From an uncultured Marinilabiliaceae bacterium (GTDB lineage Bacteria > Bacteroidota > Bacteroidia > Bacteroidales > VadinHA17): a stretch of DNA of 64,000 nucleotides. The stretch is from NCBI GenBank assembly GCA_942491535.1, contig CALOBV010000024.1:67390-131389 (forward strand). Reading direction: 5' to 3'. Shown in pieces: positions 1 to 9,632 of this stretch (position 1 is its first letter; each line of letters begins with the position of its first letter). Below the pieces are notes generated by a model, which was given only the letters and a program-made list of their open reading frames with translations, was not told the origin of the DNA and did no database searches. Made by a program: the position numbers and the translations under genes.

Positions 1-1313
1 ATTACAGTCACAAAAGATTTTTTGCGTCCAAGAAATGATGAATTAAAGGCCTTTTCACAAACAGGAAATTCTGAATACAATGCGTTTTCTGTAAGCGGTA
101 AATCGGCAGAACTTGTTGTTCCTCCAATAACAACCGTGTTTTCATTAATAAAACCTGCAGACATAACACGCTCATCTTTACTTCCTCCAAACAGGCTGGC
201 ATATTCCAGGGTCATAGTTTCAGAATTAAATACCGCTATAAAGCAATCCTGCATACCTTTAACTTCTTTACTTATCGCATTGTCAGTTACCGGGAAAGCT
301 TTTGCCTGGGTGTTGCCACAAATAGTCAATCTGCCAGGCTCAGTCCACTCGATAGATGAACTACCATTTCCATCGCTTGCAAAATAGCTGAAATACAAAA
401 TTTTGCTGCCTGTTTCGTCTATTTTGGCAATATAATGATCGATCAGGCCTCCAACTTTAGGGATAATTATTTCTTTCCTGAAAGCATTTTCAGTTACAGG
501 CAGGTGCGCTGTATATGTAGAGCCTGTTATATAGATATTATCTTTATCATCAATTGCAACGCCAGAAATCCCTTCTCTTACGCTGCTTCCAAAGAAGGTG
601 GAAAATAAAAGTTTCTCACCATTGGGGCTGAATTTAGAAAGGAAACCATGAGCGATATTTTCTTTGTCCATAACACCTGTGGTTAGAGGAAAATTATGAG
701 AAAGGGTTGTTCCTCCAACTATAATATTACCTTTTGAATCAACCTTTATACCTCCTGATCCTACTGTTTCTTCAACTTCACCTCCAATAAATGTAGAAAA
801 AATAATATCAGTACCTGTTGGGTTTAATTTAGTTACGAAAACATCGCCTGCCCAGGCTCCTTCTCCGTTAAAACTGGTGTCAAACACTCCCTCAGTAACA
901 GGAAAATCTGGTGACTGTGTTCCTCCTGCTATATAAATAAATCCTTGACTATCAACTGTTATTGCACTATGATGCTCCCTCTTCGTACCACCAATTAATG
1001 TAGCAAAAACTATTTCCCCTTCGGGTGTATATTTTACAACAAAAACATCAGCTGTGCCTTCGCCCTTTAATTCGGTCTGATATGCCCCTTCAGTAGCCGG
1101 GAAATTCTTGTCTTTGGTATTTCCAACAACATAGGTAAAGCCTTTCCTATCACTATAAATATCGAAACCTGATGCGTATTTATCGGTATGTGAAAGGTAG
1201 GTAGAGAAACCAAGTGTGTAAACCGTACTATCTGCCGGTTTATTTGTTTGCGATTTTAGAATTCCCTGGCAGAAAAGAATTGCCAGTAGAATAAAACTGA
1301 TTTTTTTTAACAT
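1..1313 (-). CDS. SBBP-type beta-propeller repeat secreted protein; C-terminus lies beyond the window edge (absent from supplied ORF track)
   Basis: Hand translation of the minus strand from the ATG at 1311-1313 stays open to base 1. It starts MLKKISFILLAILFCQG (signal peptide). Repeated blocks follow, such as DVFVVKYTPEGEIVFATLIGG, DVFVTKLNPTGTDIIFSTFIGG and FPVTEGVF / FPLTTGVM / LPVTENAF, which are typical of SBBP propeller repeats. Confidence 0.75.
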   Translation of the reverse strand, partial: MLKKISFILLAILFCQGILKSQTNKPADSTVYTLGFSTYLSHTDKYASGFDIYSDRKGFTYVVGNTKDKNFPATEGAYQTELKGEGTADVFVVKYTPEGEIVFATLIGGTKREHHSAITVDSQGFIYIAGGTQSPDFPVTEGVFDTSFNGEGAWAGDVFVTKLNPTGTDIIFSTFIGGEVEETVGSGGIKVDSKGNIIVGGTTLSHNFPLTTGVMDKENIAHGFLSKFSPNGEKLLFSTFFGSSVREGISGVAIDDKDNIYITGSTYTAHLPVTENAFRKEIIIPKVGGLIDHYIAKIDETGSKILYFSYFASDGNGSSSIEWTEPGRLTICGNTQAKAFPVTDNAISKEVKGMQDCFIAVFNSETMTLEYASLFGGSKDERVMSAGFINENTVVIGGTTSSADLPLTENALYSEFPVCEKAFNSSFLGRKKSFVTV

Positions 1314-1543
1314 AATGTTCTGGTTTTTCAATGGTGAATTTTTAATGTGAGATTTTAAATGATACATTGTCTGCGACCCATTATAGAGATATGATACAGC
1401 AGCATCTGTATTCTTTTTCATGTCGCTTTACTGTTAATTGGTATATAGACTACAAAAAAAGTCCCATATAACATGAAAACATTAAGTAAAGTGATGGATG
1501 GTGATTTTACGTGATAGACGGTAAGAGAATCAGGAAATGATTC

Positions 1544-2266
1544 CTATTTATATGCTTTCTTTAATTCCTTAAAGCAATTTCTGCTCACTTCGAAAGGAAG
1601 GTCTATCTGATTTAAAAACACTTTGTGGCGACCTTTTGAATAGTTATCAATGCGGGTGATCTGTTTCAGGTTGACTATTGTTGAGCGATGAACCCGGATA
1701 AATGAATCGGGCAATTCCAGCTCCCACTGTTTCAATGTTTTTAATATTATATATCTATGTCCGCCCAGTGTTGAAATCCTGGAATGGTTTCCAATAGAGA
1801 CAATTGCAATAATGGAATTAATCTCTACGAACCTGGCTGTACAATTACTTTGTTTAAGGTAGATGGAATCCTGATAATTATATCTTTTCAGAGCTGGACT
1901 GTGACTGGCTGTCCTTCCCAGGATTCTTTCTATAGTTTTCTCAAGTCGCCCTGGATCAACAGGCTTCAGAAGGTAGTCGCTGGCGTTTACTTCAAATGCT
2001 TTAATGGCATACTGGTCGTAAGCGCTTACGAAAACTATTTTGAAATCAATACAAACCTTCTCAAGAAGATCAAATCCATTTTCGCCTGAAAGCTGTATAT
2101 CTAAAAAAACAAGATCAGGTTTAAGCTGCTTTATTAACTCTATGGCCTTTTCAATACTATCCGCTTCACCAATAACCTCTACTTCGGGAATATCTTTTAA
2201 CAGAAAAACCAGCTCCTTCCTGGCGGGTCGTTCATCATCAATAATAATTGAGTTTAGTACTCTCAT
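1544..2266 (-). CDS. LytTR-family two-component response regulator (REC + LytTR DNA-binding domain)
   Basis: 240 aa. The N-terminal receiver has IIIDDE...DLVFLDIQL. The C-terminal part has a LytTR-like pattern (IRVHRSTIVNL). It lies 3 nt downstream of the kinase gene. Confidence 0.9.
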   Translation of the reverse strand: MRVLNSIIIDDERPARKELVFLLKDIPEVEVIGEADSIEKAIELIKQLKPDLVFLDIQLSGENGFDLLEKVCIDFKIVFVSAYDQYAIKAFEVNASDYLLKPVDPGRLEKTIERILGRTASHSPALKRYNYQDSIYLKQSNCTARFVEINSIIAIVSIGNHSRISTLGGHRYIILKTLKQWELELPDSFIRVHRSTIVNLKQITRIDNYSKGRHKVFLNQIDLPFEVSRNCFKELKKAYK

Positions 2267-2269
2267 TCT

Positions 2270-3337
2270 TTATACAGCTAAATGATTTTTGTAATCAAGA
2301 ATAATAATCTGTGCAATAACCCATGAATCCTTTTCAAAAAGCTCAAAGGAGTGACTGTCGGGAAAGTGAAGTGAGAGTCTTTTCTTTGTATTTTCTATTC
2401 CTGTTTTGGTGCCTTCTTGATTTTTATCGCAGCCAAGCAAACTGCCTGAATTATGAACACTAATCTCAAGATGTTCTCCGGCTTTCGCAACAATCTTGAT
2501 ATTAAGTGGTTTGCTTCCTGACTGCAAGCCAAATTTAATGGCATTTTCAACAAGAGGTAGAATGATAAAGAAAGGTATTCTAATTTGATAGATACTCTCA
2601 TCAACATCATATGCTACATTCAGCTTCTCCTCAAATCTTATTTTTTGGATTTCGAGATAGTTCTTTATTGCATTTAGCTCGTTTTCAAAGGTATCGGTGG
2701 TTCCATTCTGAGATAAAGAGTAGCGGAAGAAATTTGACAGCTTTGTTATCATATTTCGGGCCATGGTTGAGTCATCCTCTACCATAGATCGAATTGTATT
2801 AAGGGCATTAAATAGAAAATGAGGGTTTATCTGATAACGTAACATTTGTAACTGAGCCTCATTTGCCAGATTTGTTGCATAAAGAGTCATCTCCTTCTGC
2901 TTCTTCAGGTTGACCCAATGATTAACAAGAAAATACATACCCACAAATGCAATAACAATATAAAGGAAACTAAAGGCTTTAATGTAAAATAGCGGATCGA
3001 ATAAGAAACTTTTGGATAGAAGAAGCGAATTTAAATAGGCATAAATAATGAGCCATACCACTGAAATTATATAACTCGCTGGCAAAAACAGGAAATAGAA
3101 TATCCTCTTTGCTACCAGATTCCTAAAACTTAGCCAGTGAAGTACCTGGAAGATTATTGTTACTGTAATAATCCCTGAAATAAATCTTGAGAGACTGGTA
3201 AGTAAGATAATCCTGACATCAGAATTATCGGATGGATTGATAAACAGGGATACGATGGTAATAGAGACGTAGAGCAGCAAACCTCCAAATTTGGCTAATT
3301 CAAAGCTATAGGTTTGTTTTGGTTTTGCTTTCAACAT
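2270..3337 (-). CDS. LytS/YehU-type sensor histidine kinase (multi-TM N-terminus, His_kinase + HATPase)
   Basis: 355 aa with about 5 hydrophobic segments, then the NPHFLFNALNTI motif characteristic of PF06580 kinases. It is paired with the LytTR regulator. Confidence 0.85.
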   Translation of the reverse strand: MLKAKPKQTYSFELAKFGGLLLYVSITIVSLFINPSDNSDVRIILLTSLSRFISGIITVTIIFQVLHWLSFRNLVAKRIFYFLFLPASYIISVVWLIIYAYLNSLLLSKSFLFDPLFYIKAFSFLYIVIAFVGMYFLVNHWVNLKKQKEMTLYATNLANEAQLQMLRYQINPHFLFNALNTIRSMVEDDSTMARNMITKLSNFFRYSLSQNGTTDTFENELNAIKNYLEIQKIRFEEKLNVAYDVDESIYQIRIPFFIILPLVENAIKFGLQSGSKPLNIKIVAKAGEHLEISVHNSGSLLGCDKNQEGTKTGIENTKKRLSLHFPDSHSFELFEKDSWVIAQIIILDYKNHLAV

Positions 3338-3345
3338 ATTAGAAG

Positions 3346-3353
3346 CAAATATA
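3346..3353 (-). promoter_or_regulatory. Candidate Bacteroidota -7 promoter box (TATATTTG) for the kinase/regulator operon
   Basis: The minus strand reads TATATTTG, matching the established TAnnTTTG consensus. It sits only about 8 nt upstream of the ATG at 3337, so the mRNA would be nearly leaderless. Confidence 0.4.
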
Positions 3354-3587
3354 GTGTTTTAATATAATTGCTTTAGTTTGTGCGGATATATCATCAACTT
3401 CAAAAAGCCTTATATTTTTGACAGACCTCAAGTTTTTTAAACCGAGCAGTGTAAGCATGGTAAATGGTAAATATTCTTCCAAATTACCGTAGATAATGAT
3501 AAATTTACCAGCAAATTCAGTTATTACCAGGCTAAACTGAAGGCTAAAGTTATTTAGTAAAATGACAATATCTATAACCTTAATACC

Positions 3588-4091
3588 ATGAGTAGAGGAT
3601 TCGTCAGGGAAGGTGATCAGGAAGAAGTACCTGTGATCCCGCAAAGGGCATATTTACCGGCCGGTGTTGCTAATTTCGTTACCTCTGAGGGTATGGATCA
3701 GCTCTTAAAAGAAAAAGAGGAACTAATCAACGAAAGGGAAAACCTTGGCATAACAAATGAGAATGAGAAGCGTATTACGAAAAACTATTTAAACGCGAAG
3801 CTACAATTACTGAATGAAAGGATTGCTGACGCCAGGATTATTGAAATCTCAGGAAAACAAAGTGATGAGATTACCTTCGGGGCAAGGGTGACTCTCAGGG
3901 ACAATATATCAGGTAATATTCAAATATTCAGAATAGTAGGCGTTGATGAGGCAGATATTACAAAAGGCAAAATCTCTTTTATTTCACCCTTATCCAAAGT
4001 GTTAATAAATAAGAAAGCAGGCGACAGTGTGACTTTAAAGCGAGACAAGGAAGATATTGTTTTTGAAATAATTGAAATAGACTACAAATAA
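3588..4091 (+). CDS. GreA/GreB-family transcription elongation factor-like protein
   Basis: 167 aa. It has a coiled-coil-like middle and a C-terminal block GKISFISPLSKVLINKKAGDSVTL, which resembles the GreA C-terminal domain. Confidence 0.65.
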   Translation: MSRGFVREGDQEEVPVIPQRAYLPAGVANFVTSEGMDQLLKEKEELINERENLGITNENEKRITKNYLNAKLQLLNERIADARIIEISGKQSDEITFGARVTLRDNISGNIQIFRIVGVDEADITKGKISFISPLSKVLINKKAGDSVTLKRDKEDIVFEIIEIDYK

Positions 4092-4150
4092 AAACACTTC
4101 CTGCCCAAGTCTTAATAAATTATAAATGTAAGAATAAGAGTGAGGCAAAA

Positions 4151-4224
4151 AAGAAACGAGTGTGATCGCTCCCGCTTTCACACTCGCTCTGTTTTCAGTA
4201 TCCCTAACGGACAGAAGTTGCAAC
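4151..4224 (-). repeat. Family-A terminator cassette, copy A0 (downstream of dcp)
   Basis: The minus strand reads GTTGCAACTTCTGTCCGTTAGGGATACTGAAAACAGAG, then the hairpin CGAGTGTGA/TCACACTCG (4157-4165 with 4178-4186), then TTTCTTTTTT. It is homologous to the copies at 6511, 9469 and 12753. Confidence 0.7.
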
Positions 4225-4248
4225 ATGCTTAGTTGCATTTTCTAATTA

Positions 4249-6348
4249 TTAGTTAATTAAGCCCCTGCTTCTTAATAAAGGTTCGATGACCGCTTCTCTT
4301 CCACGAAAGTTAACATACATTTCAAGAGGATCCATTAAACCGTTGGGCTCCAAAACGTTCTTACGGAATGATTGAGCTGTTTCTTGATCATATAATGAAG
4401 TTTCATTGAATGCTTCAAAAGCATCATTATCCAAAACTCCTGACCATAGATAACTATAGTAACCAGCAGAATAGCCACCAATAATATGAGAGAAATATGT
4501 AGTTCTATACCGTGGTGCAATTTCTGGTATTAATTTTCTCTTTGCAAAGAATTCTTTTTCAAATGCCCTGACATCAATATCCTTCTCTTCAGTTAATGAG
4601 TGATACTCCATATCAATAAGAGCGGCTGCAACGAATTCAACTGTGATAAATCCCTGATTAAATAAACTTGCATTTTGAATCTTATTAATCAATTCTTCAG
4701 GGATTACTTCTCCGGTTTCATAATGTTTTGCATATACTTTTAAGACTTCAGGATGTATTGCCCAGTGCTCCATTATTTGAGAGGGAAGCTCAGTAAAGTC
4801 TCTTGCCCTAAAGGTTTTTTGATAACGAACATTTGAGAATAGAGCGTCTAATGCATGGCCAAACTCATGAAAAACCGTAGTTACATTATCTAAGGTCATT
4901 AAGGCGGGGGCATCTCCAACGGGACCGCTTGCATTGGTAACAAAAGTTACAATAGGAATGGTTTTATTGCCATCATCATCAATCTTATAACTACGATAAC
5001 TCCCGCACCAGGCGCCACCATTTTTACTGGCTCTTGCATAGAAATCCTGATATAATACTCCAATGGTAGTTCCATCCGCTTCCTTTACTTCATAAGCAAA
5101 AGCATCCGGGTGTGGTAATGGTATATCTTTAATCTCAGTAAAAGTTATGCCATATAATTTGTTGGACACATAGAAAATAGCTTCCTGAACATTTTGACGA
5201 GAAAAATAAGGACGAATTTGTGCCTCTTCAAAGTTATATTTTGCAGCACGAACTTTTTCAGCATAATTCCACCAGTCCCATGCTGCTATCTTGAAGTCTT
5301 TCCCTTCAGCATCTACGATCGCCTGCATATCTTTTACTTCTTGCCTGGCAACCTCTAATGCTGGCCACCATACCTGGTCAAGTAAGTCATAAACACGTTC
5401 TGATGTTTTAGCCATTCTTGTTGATAATACAAGGTCAGCATGACTCTTATAACCCAGTAACTTTGCTTTACGCACTCTTAAATTATAGACTGCTACAGCA
5501 ATAGCCTTATTATCTCTTTCATTATCGTTATCACCACGCATGGTATAGGCCGTATAAATCTGTTTACGCAATTCACGATTTTCAGAATAGGTCAGGAAAG
5601 GATACATACTGGCGCGTTGGGTTGTATAAAGCCATTTACCTTCCATACCCTCTCTTTTTGCTGCCTCAGCTCCCGCTGCTATAACGTTTTCCGGTAATCC
5701 TTCTAAATCACTTTCATCTTCAATAATTAATTTGTAGGCATTTGTTTCACCCAATAAATTTTGACTGAACTGAACACCCAGGGAAGAAAGTTCTTTATTT
5801 ATCTCTTTAAGCTCTTCTTTTGCTTCACCCTCTAAATTAGCCCCATTTATTACAAATCCGTTATAAAGGTTTTCTAATAAATATAGCTGATCAGCTTCAA
5901 GACTTAAGTCGTCCTTTTGTTCGTAAACAGCTTTGATTCTGGCAAACAATCTTGGATCCAGGTTAATCTCATCGTTATGAGTTGACATGATCGGAGACAG
6001 TTCTTTAACGAGTGCCTGGATTTCAGGAGTTGTATTTGCACTGTTCAAACCATACAAAACGGGTGTTACTTTGCCCAGGAAGCTTCCTGCGCGTGTATAG
6101 GCTACAATGGTATTTTCGAAGGTCGGAGGATCTGTATTATTAAGAATAGCTTCAATTTCAGCTTTTTCTTGCTTCATACCCTCTTCAATTGCAGGCATAT
6201 AATGCTCTATTTTAATAAGATCAAATGGAGGAACTCCAAATGGGGTGTCAAATTCAGCAAAAAATGGATTATCATTTTTCACCTCTTTTTGTTTACATGC
6301 AGTTAGTGCAAATAGGACTAAACAGCAAAAGATAAGTAGTTTTTTCAC
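4249..6348 (-). CDS. dcp: M3-family peptidyl-dipeptidase (Dcp-like), lipoprotein
   Basis: 699 aa with the zinc motif HEFGH (VFHEFGHALD). The signal peptide has a Cys (LFALTAC). Length and layout are typical of M3 dipeptidyl carboxypeptidases. Confidence 0.9.
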   Translation of the reverse strand: MKKLLIFCCLVLFALTACKQKEVKNDNPFFAEFDTPFGVPPFDLIKIEHYMPAIEEGMKQEKAEIEAILNNTDPPTFENTIVAYTRAGSFLGKVTPVLYGLNSANTTPEIQALVKELSPIMSTHNDEINLDPRLFARIKAVYEQKDDLSLEADQLYLLENLYNGFVINGANLEGEAKEELKEINKELSSLGVQFSQNLLGETNAYKLIIEDESDLEGLPENVIAAGAEAAKREGMEGKWLYTTQRASMYPFLTYSENRELRKQIYTAYTMRGDNDNERDNKAIAVAVYNLRVRKAKLLGYKSHADLVLSTRMAKTSERVYDLLDQVWWPALEVARQEVKDMQAIVDAEGKDFKIAAWDWWNYAEKVRAAKYNFEEAQIRPYFSRQNVQEAIFYVSNKLYGITFTEIKDIPLPHPDAFAYEVKEADGTTIGVLYQDFYARASKNGGAWCGSYRSYKIDDDGNKTIPIVTFVTNASGPVGDAPALMTLDNVTTVFHEFGHALDALFSNVRYQKTFRARDFTELPSQIMEHWAIHPEVLKVYAKHYETGEVIPEELINKIQNASLFNQGFITVEFVAAALIDMEYHSLTEEKDIDVRAFEKEFFAKRKLIPEIAPRYRTTYFSHIIGGYSAGYYSYLWSGVLDNDAFEAFNETSLYDQETAQSFRKNVLEPNGLMDPLEMYVNFRGREAVIEPLLRSRGLIN

Positions 6349-6510
6349 GATTTTATATTTGGTTAGTGATTAATTTACAGGCAAGAATATTAAATAGGTT
6401 CTGTCGCATCTATTAAAATATCCTCTAAAATAATGAATTAAATCTTAATATATGCAGCCAGGGTTTGAAACGATTTAAATATACTTCGATATTGTGAAAT
6501 CGAGCATCTC

Positions 6511-6655
6511 AAAATCAAATCGAGGGTGATTGCTCGAATAGTGTGAGTGTGAGTGTCAGAGTGAGTTTTGAGAAAATCAGAGTGAGAGTGGTCGTTCGAG
6601 CTTCTCGCTCTCACTCTCACTCTCACTCTGATTCAGTACCCGGAACGGACGAAAG
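6511..6655 (-). repeat. Family-A terminator cassette, copy A1 (downstream of the NTF2-like gene), expanded version
   Basis: The minus strand reads GTCCGTTCCGGGTACTGAATCAGAG followed by (GAGTGA)n. A 14-bp stem pairs 6577-6590 with 6618-6631 and is followed by TTTTCT. Extra GTGTGA hexamer repeats are present. Confidence 0.7.
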
Positions 6656-6754
6656 ATACAACAAGTATTAGCAGATTATCTAGAGCTGGGATACTGTAGG
6701 TTTGCAGTTAAAATTAAGATTACTAAAACTGTTCTTAAACTATTTTAAGGGAAG

Positions 6755-7240
6755 TTATTCACCAGGATGATGTATCCCGGTCAAATGAACGGCCATCCAT
6801 TTACCATCCACAAGTTCCATAACATAGGTGCCAGCTCCTTTGACTTTTACAGTATCACCTGTAACAGTCAGGTAGGCTTCATCAAATCCAATAATCGAAA
6901 CGGCAGTATTCCGGTCTAAAGCCATAACTTCCATCTGAAGAGTTTCAGCAAAAATATACTTTTCAATATAGGCTAATGCTCCGGTGAACATCTCGATAGC
7001 TTTATCTCCTCCGACAGAGATTACACCATCCATATTAGTAGAAAAGTCTTCATTGAAAAGGAAGTACTCTTTCAAAACCTCAATATCAGTAGTCAGGAAT
7101 GCATCAAGCATTTTATTTAAGGTTTCAGTAACATCGACCTCTATCTGAGTCTTTTCTTCAGCATTCATTGGTTGATCTGCCGGGTTGCATGCGAACAGCA
7201 TTGATATGCATACCAACGCAATAATTTTTAGATTTTTCAT
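6755..7240 (-). CDS. NTF2-fold (SnoaL/DUF4440-like) lipoprotein
   Basis: 161 aa with the lipobox LFAC. The size and the C-terminal beta-rich pattern (GAGTYVMELVDGKWMAVHL) fit NTF2-like proteins. The function is unknown. Confidence 0.5.
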   Translation of the reverse strand: MKNLKIIALVCISMLFACNPADQPMNAEEKTQIEVDVTETLNKMLDAFLTTDIEVLKEYFLFNEDFSTNMDGVISVGGDKAIEMFTGALAYIEKYIFAETLQMEVMALDRNTAVSIIGFDEAYLTVTGDTVKVKGAGTYVMELVDGKWMAVHLTGIHHPGE

Positions 7241-7422
7241 AAATGTGGTTTTTGGTTTGTTAATGTAAGTTATGAAATACTCAGGAATTGAAATTTAGTG
7301 GTATTTAATTTATTTGACTTGCGTTTAACTACTTAGTAACTTTATCTAGATTGGGAGTACAAATCAATGAGATCCAGACTATATTTTTAATTTTCTATTC
7401 ATCAACTAAAAAATTATAAAAT

Positions 7423-9336
7423 ATGAAAACGATTATAGAACTTCTTGAAAATAGTTCAGTGAAGTATGCGGATAACCCCTATCTGCTCGAAAAAGAAAGT
7501 AACAAATATAAGGCAATAACTTACAGAGAGTTAAAAGAGCAGGTTTATAAGGTAGCAGCCGGATTAATGGTTCTTGGTGTACAAAAAGGAGATAGAATTG
7601 CACTCCTTTCTGAATCCCGAACCGACTGGGTAATAAGTGAACTTGGAGTTTTACACGCTGGGGCAATATGTGTCCCTCTTTCAATACTTCTGAAGGAGGG
7701 TTCCGACCTGAAATTCAGACTTGATCACTCTGAGACCAGATGGATAATTGTCTCATCCAATCAGCTGGAAAAAATTGATGCAATTAAAAGTAACCTGAAG
7801 AATCTTGAGAAGATTATACTACTAGATTCAAAGGAAAAATATTCCGAAGGTGAGATCTATATTGGCTCTGTAATAGTTGCAGGAGAGGAGTATCTGAACA
7901 ATGGGCGCGAAGAGTTTATTAAACATATTCAGTCGATTGGACCGGATGATTATGTGAATATTTCATATACATCAGGCACAACTGCCGATCCAAAGGCAAT
8001 AATTCTATCACACAGAAACTATACTTCAAATATCGAACAGACGCTTACCCTGATGGATGTTCCGGATTGGTGGACAACTCTATTGATTCTTCCATGGGAT
8101 CATTCATTTGCTCATACTGTCGGTATATACATTATGATGGCTGTTGGAGCAAGTCTGGCTGCAGTGCAATCAGGAAGATCTTATCTGGATAGCCTGAAGA
8201 ACATCCCTGGTAATATCAGGGAGATCAGGCCTGTATTTCTTCTGAGCGCCCCGGCTCTTGCTAAGAACTTCCGAAAGGGAATAGAGAAAGGGATCAGGGA
8301 GAAAGGAGCTATTATTGAGAAGCTTTTCAACCACGCCTTGAGGGTTGCTTACTATTACAATGGTAATGGCTGGAATAAAGGAATGGGGATCAGGATTATT
8401 CTTAAACCTTATTATAAACTACTTGATACAATCCTGTTTAAAAAGATAAGGGCCGGGTTTGGAGGAAGGTTGAAGTTCTTTTTTGGTGGAGCTGCGCTAC
8501 TTGATATTGAACTCCAGAAGTTTTTTTATGCAATAGGTGTGCCAATGTTTCAGGGGTATGGATTGTCTGAAGCCTCTCCGGTAATTTCAGGAAATACAGA
8601 GATGAAACATAAGCTGGGATCATCAGGGGTGCTGGTTAAAAATCTTGAACTAAAGATATGTGATGAGGATGGAAATGAACTGGATCCTGGCAGGAAGGGC
8701 GAAATAATTGTCCGCGGGGAGAATGTTATGAAGGGCTACTGGAAGAATGAGAAAGCCACAAACGAGGCAATTAGGGATGGATGGCTATATACCGGAGATA
8801 TGGGCTACATTGACGAAGATGGATTTCTTTATGTACTGGGCAGATTCAAAAGTCTTTTAATTTCTGATGATGGTGAAAAATACAGTCCTGAAGGTATAGA
8901 GGAGACCATAACAGACAGGTCACCATATATTGACCAATTGATGCTCTATAATAACCAGAATAAATATACTTCAGCACTACTTATCCCTAATAAAGAGTCC
9001 CTGACAAGGTGGACGAAAGAAAATAACATACTGCTTAATAGTCAGGAAGGGATTGAAGCGCTGCTGAAACTAATTGATTCACAGGTTAACCAGTATAAAC
9101 AGGGAGGTGCTCACGACGATCTATTCCCCTCAAGATGGTTGCCATCAGCAATAGCAATACTTGATGAGCCTTTTAGCGTTGATAATAAGCTTCTGAACAG
9201 TCTTGGGAAAATGGTCAGAACAAAAATTGTTGAGATACATCAAGATAAGATAGATTACTTATATACTCCGGAAGCAAAAACTATTATTAACCCCAGGAAC
9301 GTCGAAACAATGATGAGAGTTATGGAAGTAAAATAG
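7423..9336 (+). CDS. Long-chain fatty acid-CoA ligase (AMP-forming adenylation enzyme)
   Basis: 637 aa with the AMP-binding motif YTSGTTADPKA, then GYGLSE and YTGDMG motifs. Confidence 0.85.
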   Translation: MKTIIELLENSSVKYADNPYLLEKESNKYKAITYRELKEQVYKVAAGLMVLGVQKGDRIALLSESRTDWVISELGVLHAGAICVPLSILLKEGSDLKFRLDHSETRWIIVSSNQLEKIDAIKSNLKNLEKIILLDSKEKYSEGEIYIGSVIVAGEEYLNNGREEFIKHIQSIGPDDYVNISYTSGTTADPKAIILSHRNYTSNIEQTLTLMDVPDWWTTLLILPWDHSFAHTVGIYIMMAVGASLAAVQSGRSYLDSLKNIPGNIREIRPVFLLSAPALAKNFRKGIEKGIREKGAIIEKLFNHALRVAYYYNGNGWNKGMGIRIILKPYYKLLDTILFKKIRAGFGGRLKFFFGGAALLDIELQKFFYAIGVPMFQGYGLSEASPVISGNTEMKHKLGSSGVLVKNLELKICDEDGNELDPGRKGEIIVRGENVMKGYWKNEKATNEAIRDGWLYTGDMGYIDEDGFLYVLGRFKSLLISDDGEKYSPEGIEETITDRSPYIDQLMLYNNQNKYTSALLIPNKESLTRWTKENNILLNSQEGIEALLKLIDSQVNQYKQGGAHDDLFPSRWLPSAIAILDEPFSVDNKLLNSLGKMVRTKIVEIHQDKIDYLYTPEAKTIINPRNVETMMRVMEVK

Positions 9337-9468
9337 AGTGTAAATTAGGATTATGAACAGATGTTGAGATATTTTGAGAGCAAACCTTTCCTGAAAAATA
9401 TCTGGGCAAAGATGTTAGCGAAGATTTCTTATGAGATAGATACAATTGTTGACAGAAAGGAAGAATAT

Positions 9469-9559
9469 AAAATCAAAACGAGAGTGATAGATCGAGCTTC
9501 TCGCTCTCACTCTCACTCTCGCTCTGATTCAGTACCCGGAACGGACAAAAGTTGCAACC
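9469..9559 (-). repeat. Family-A terminator cassette, copy A2 (downstream of the FtsX pseudogene)
   Basis: The minus strand reads GTTGCAACTTTTGTCCGTTCCGGGTACTGAATCAGAG, then the stem CGAGAGTGA...TCACTCTCG, then TTTTGATTTT. Confidence 0.7.
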
Positions 9560-9632
9560 AGTTAAGTGACCTTTTGCATCCAATCATTTCTTGAAATATC
9601 CATAAACTTTAAGGTCGAATTGGATATAGTAG

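Noticed and set aside
1314-1421. Upstream in-frame ATG at 1419-1421 that would extend the SBBP protein by 36 aa
   Set aside because: The extension (MKKNTDAAVSYLYNGSQ...) precedes a perfect signal peptide that starts at the ATG at 1311-1313. The shorter form is more plausible.
3339-3644. 101-aa minus-strand ORF in the divergent spacer upstream of the GreA-like gene
   Set aside because: It overlaps the GreA-like start and the kinase promoter region, has no motif, and shows A/T-rich spacer composition. It is most likely non-coding.
6438-6626. Track ORFs translated from repeats (6438-6626, 9361-9594, 14357-14539, 40944-41225, 13082-13300)
   Set aside because: Their sequences are translations of the hexamer, heptad or GGATCC repeats (HSHSDS..., PRFLGADPS..., KGKEVRAKR). 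They have no start context or codon structure and overlap the hairpin or terminator modules.
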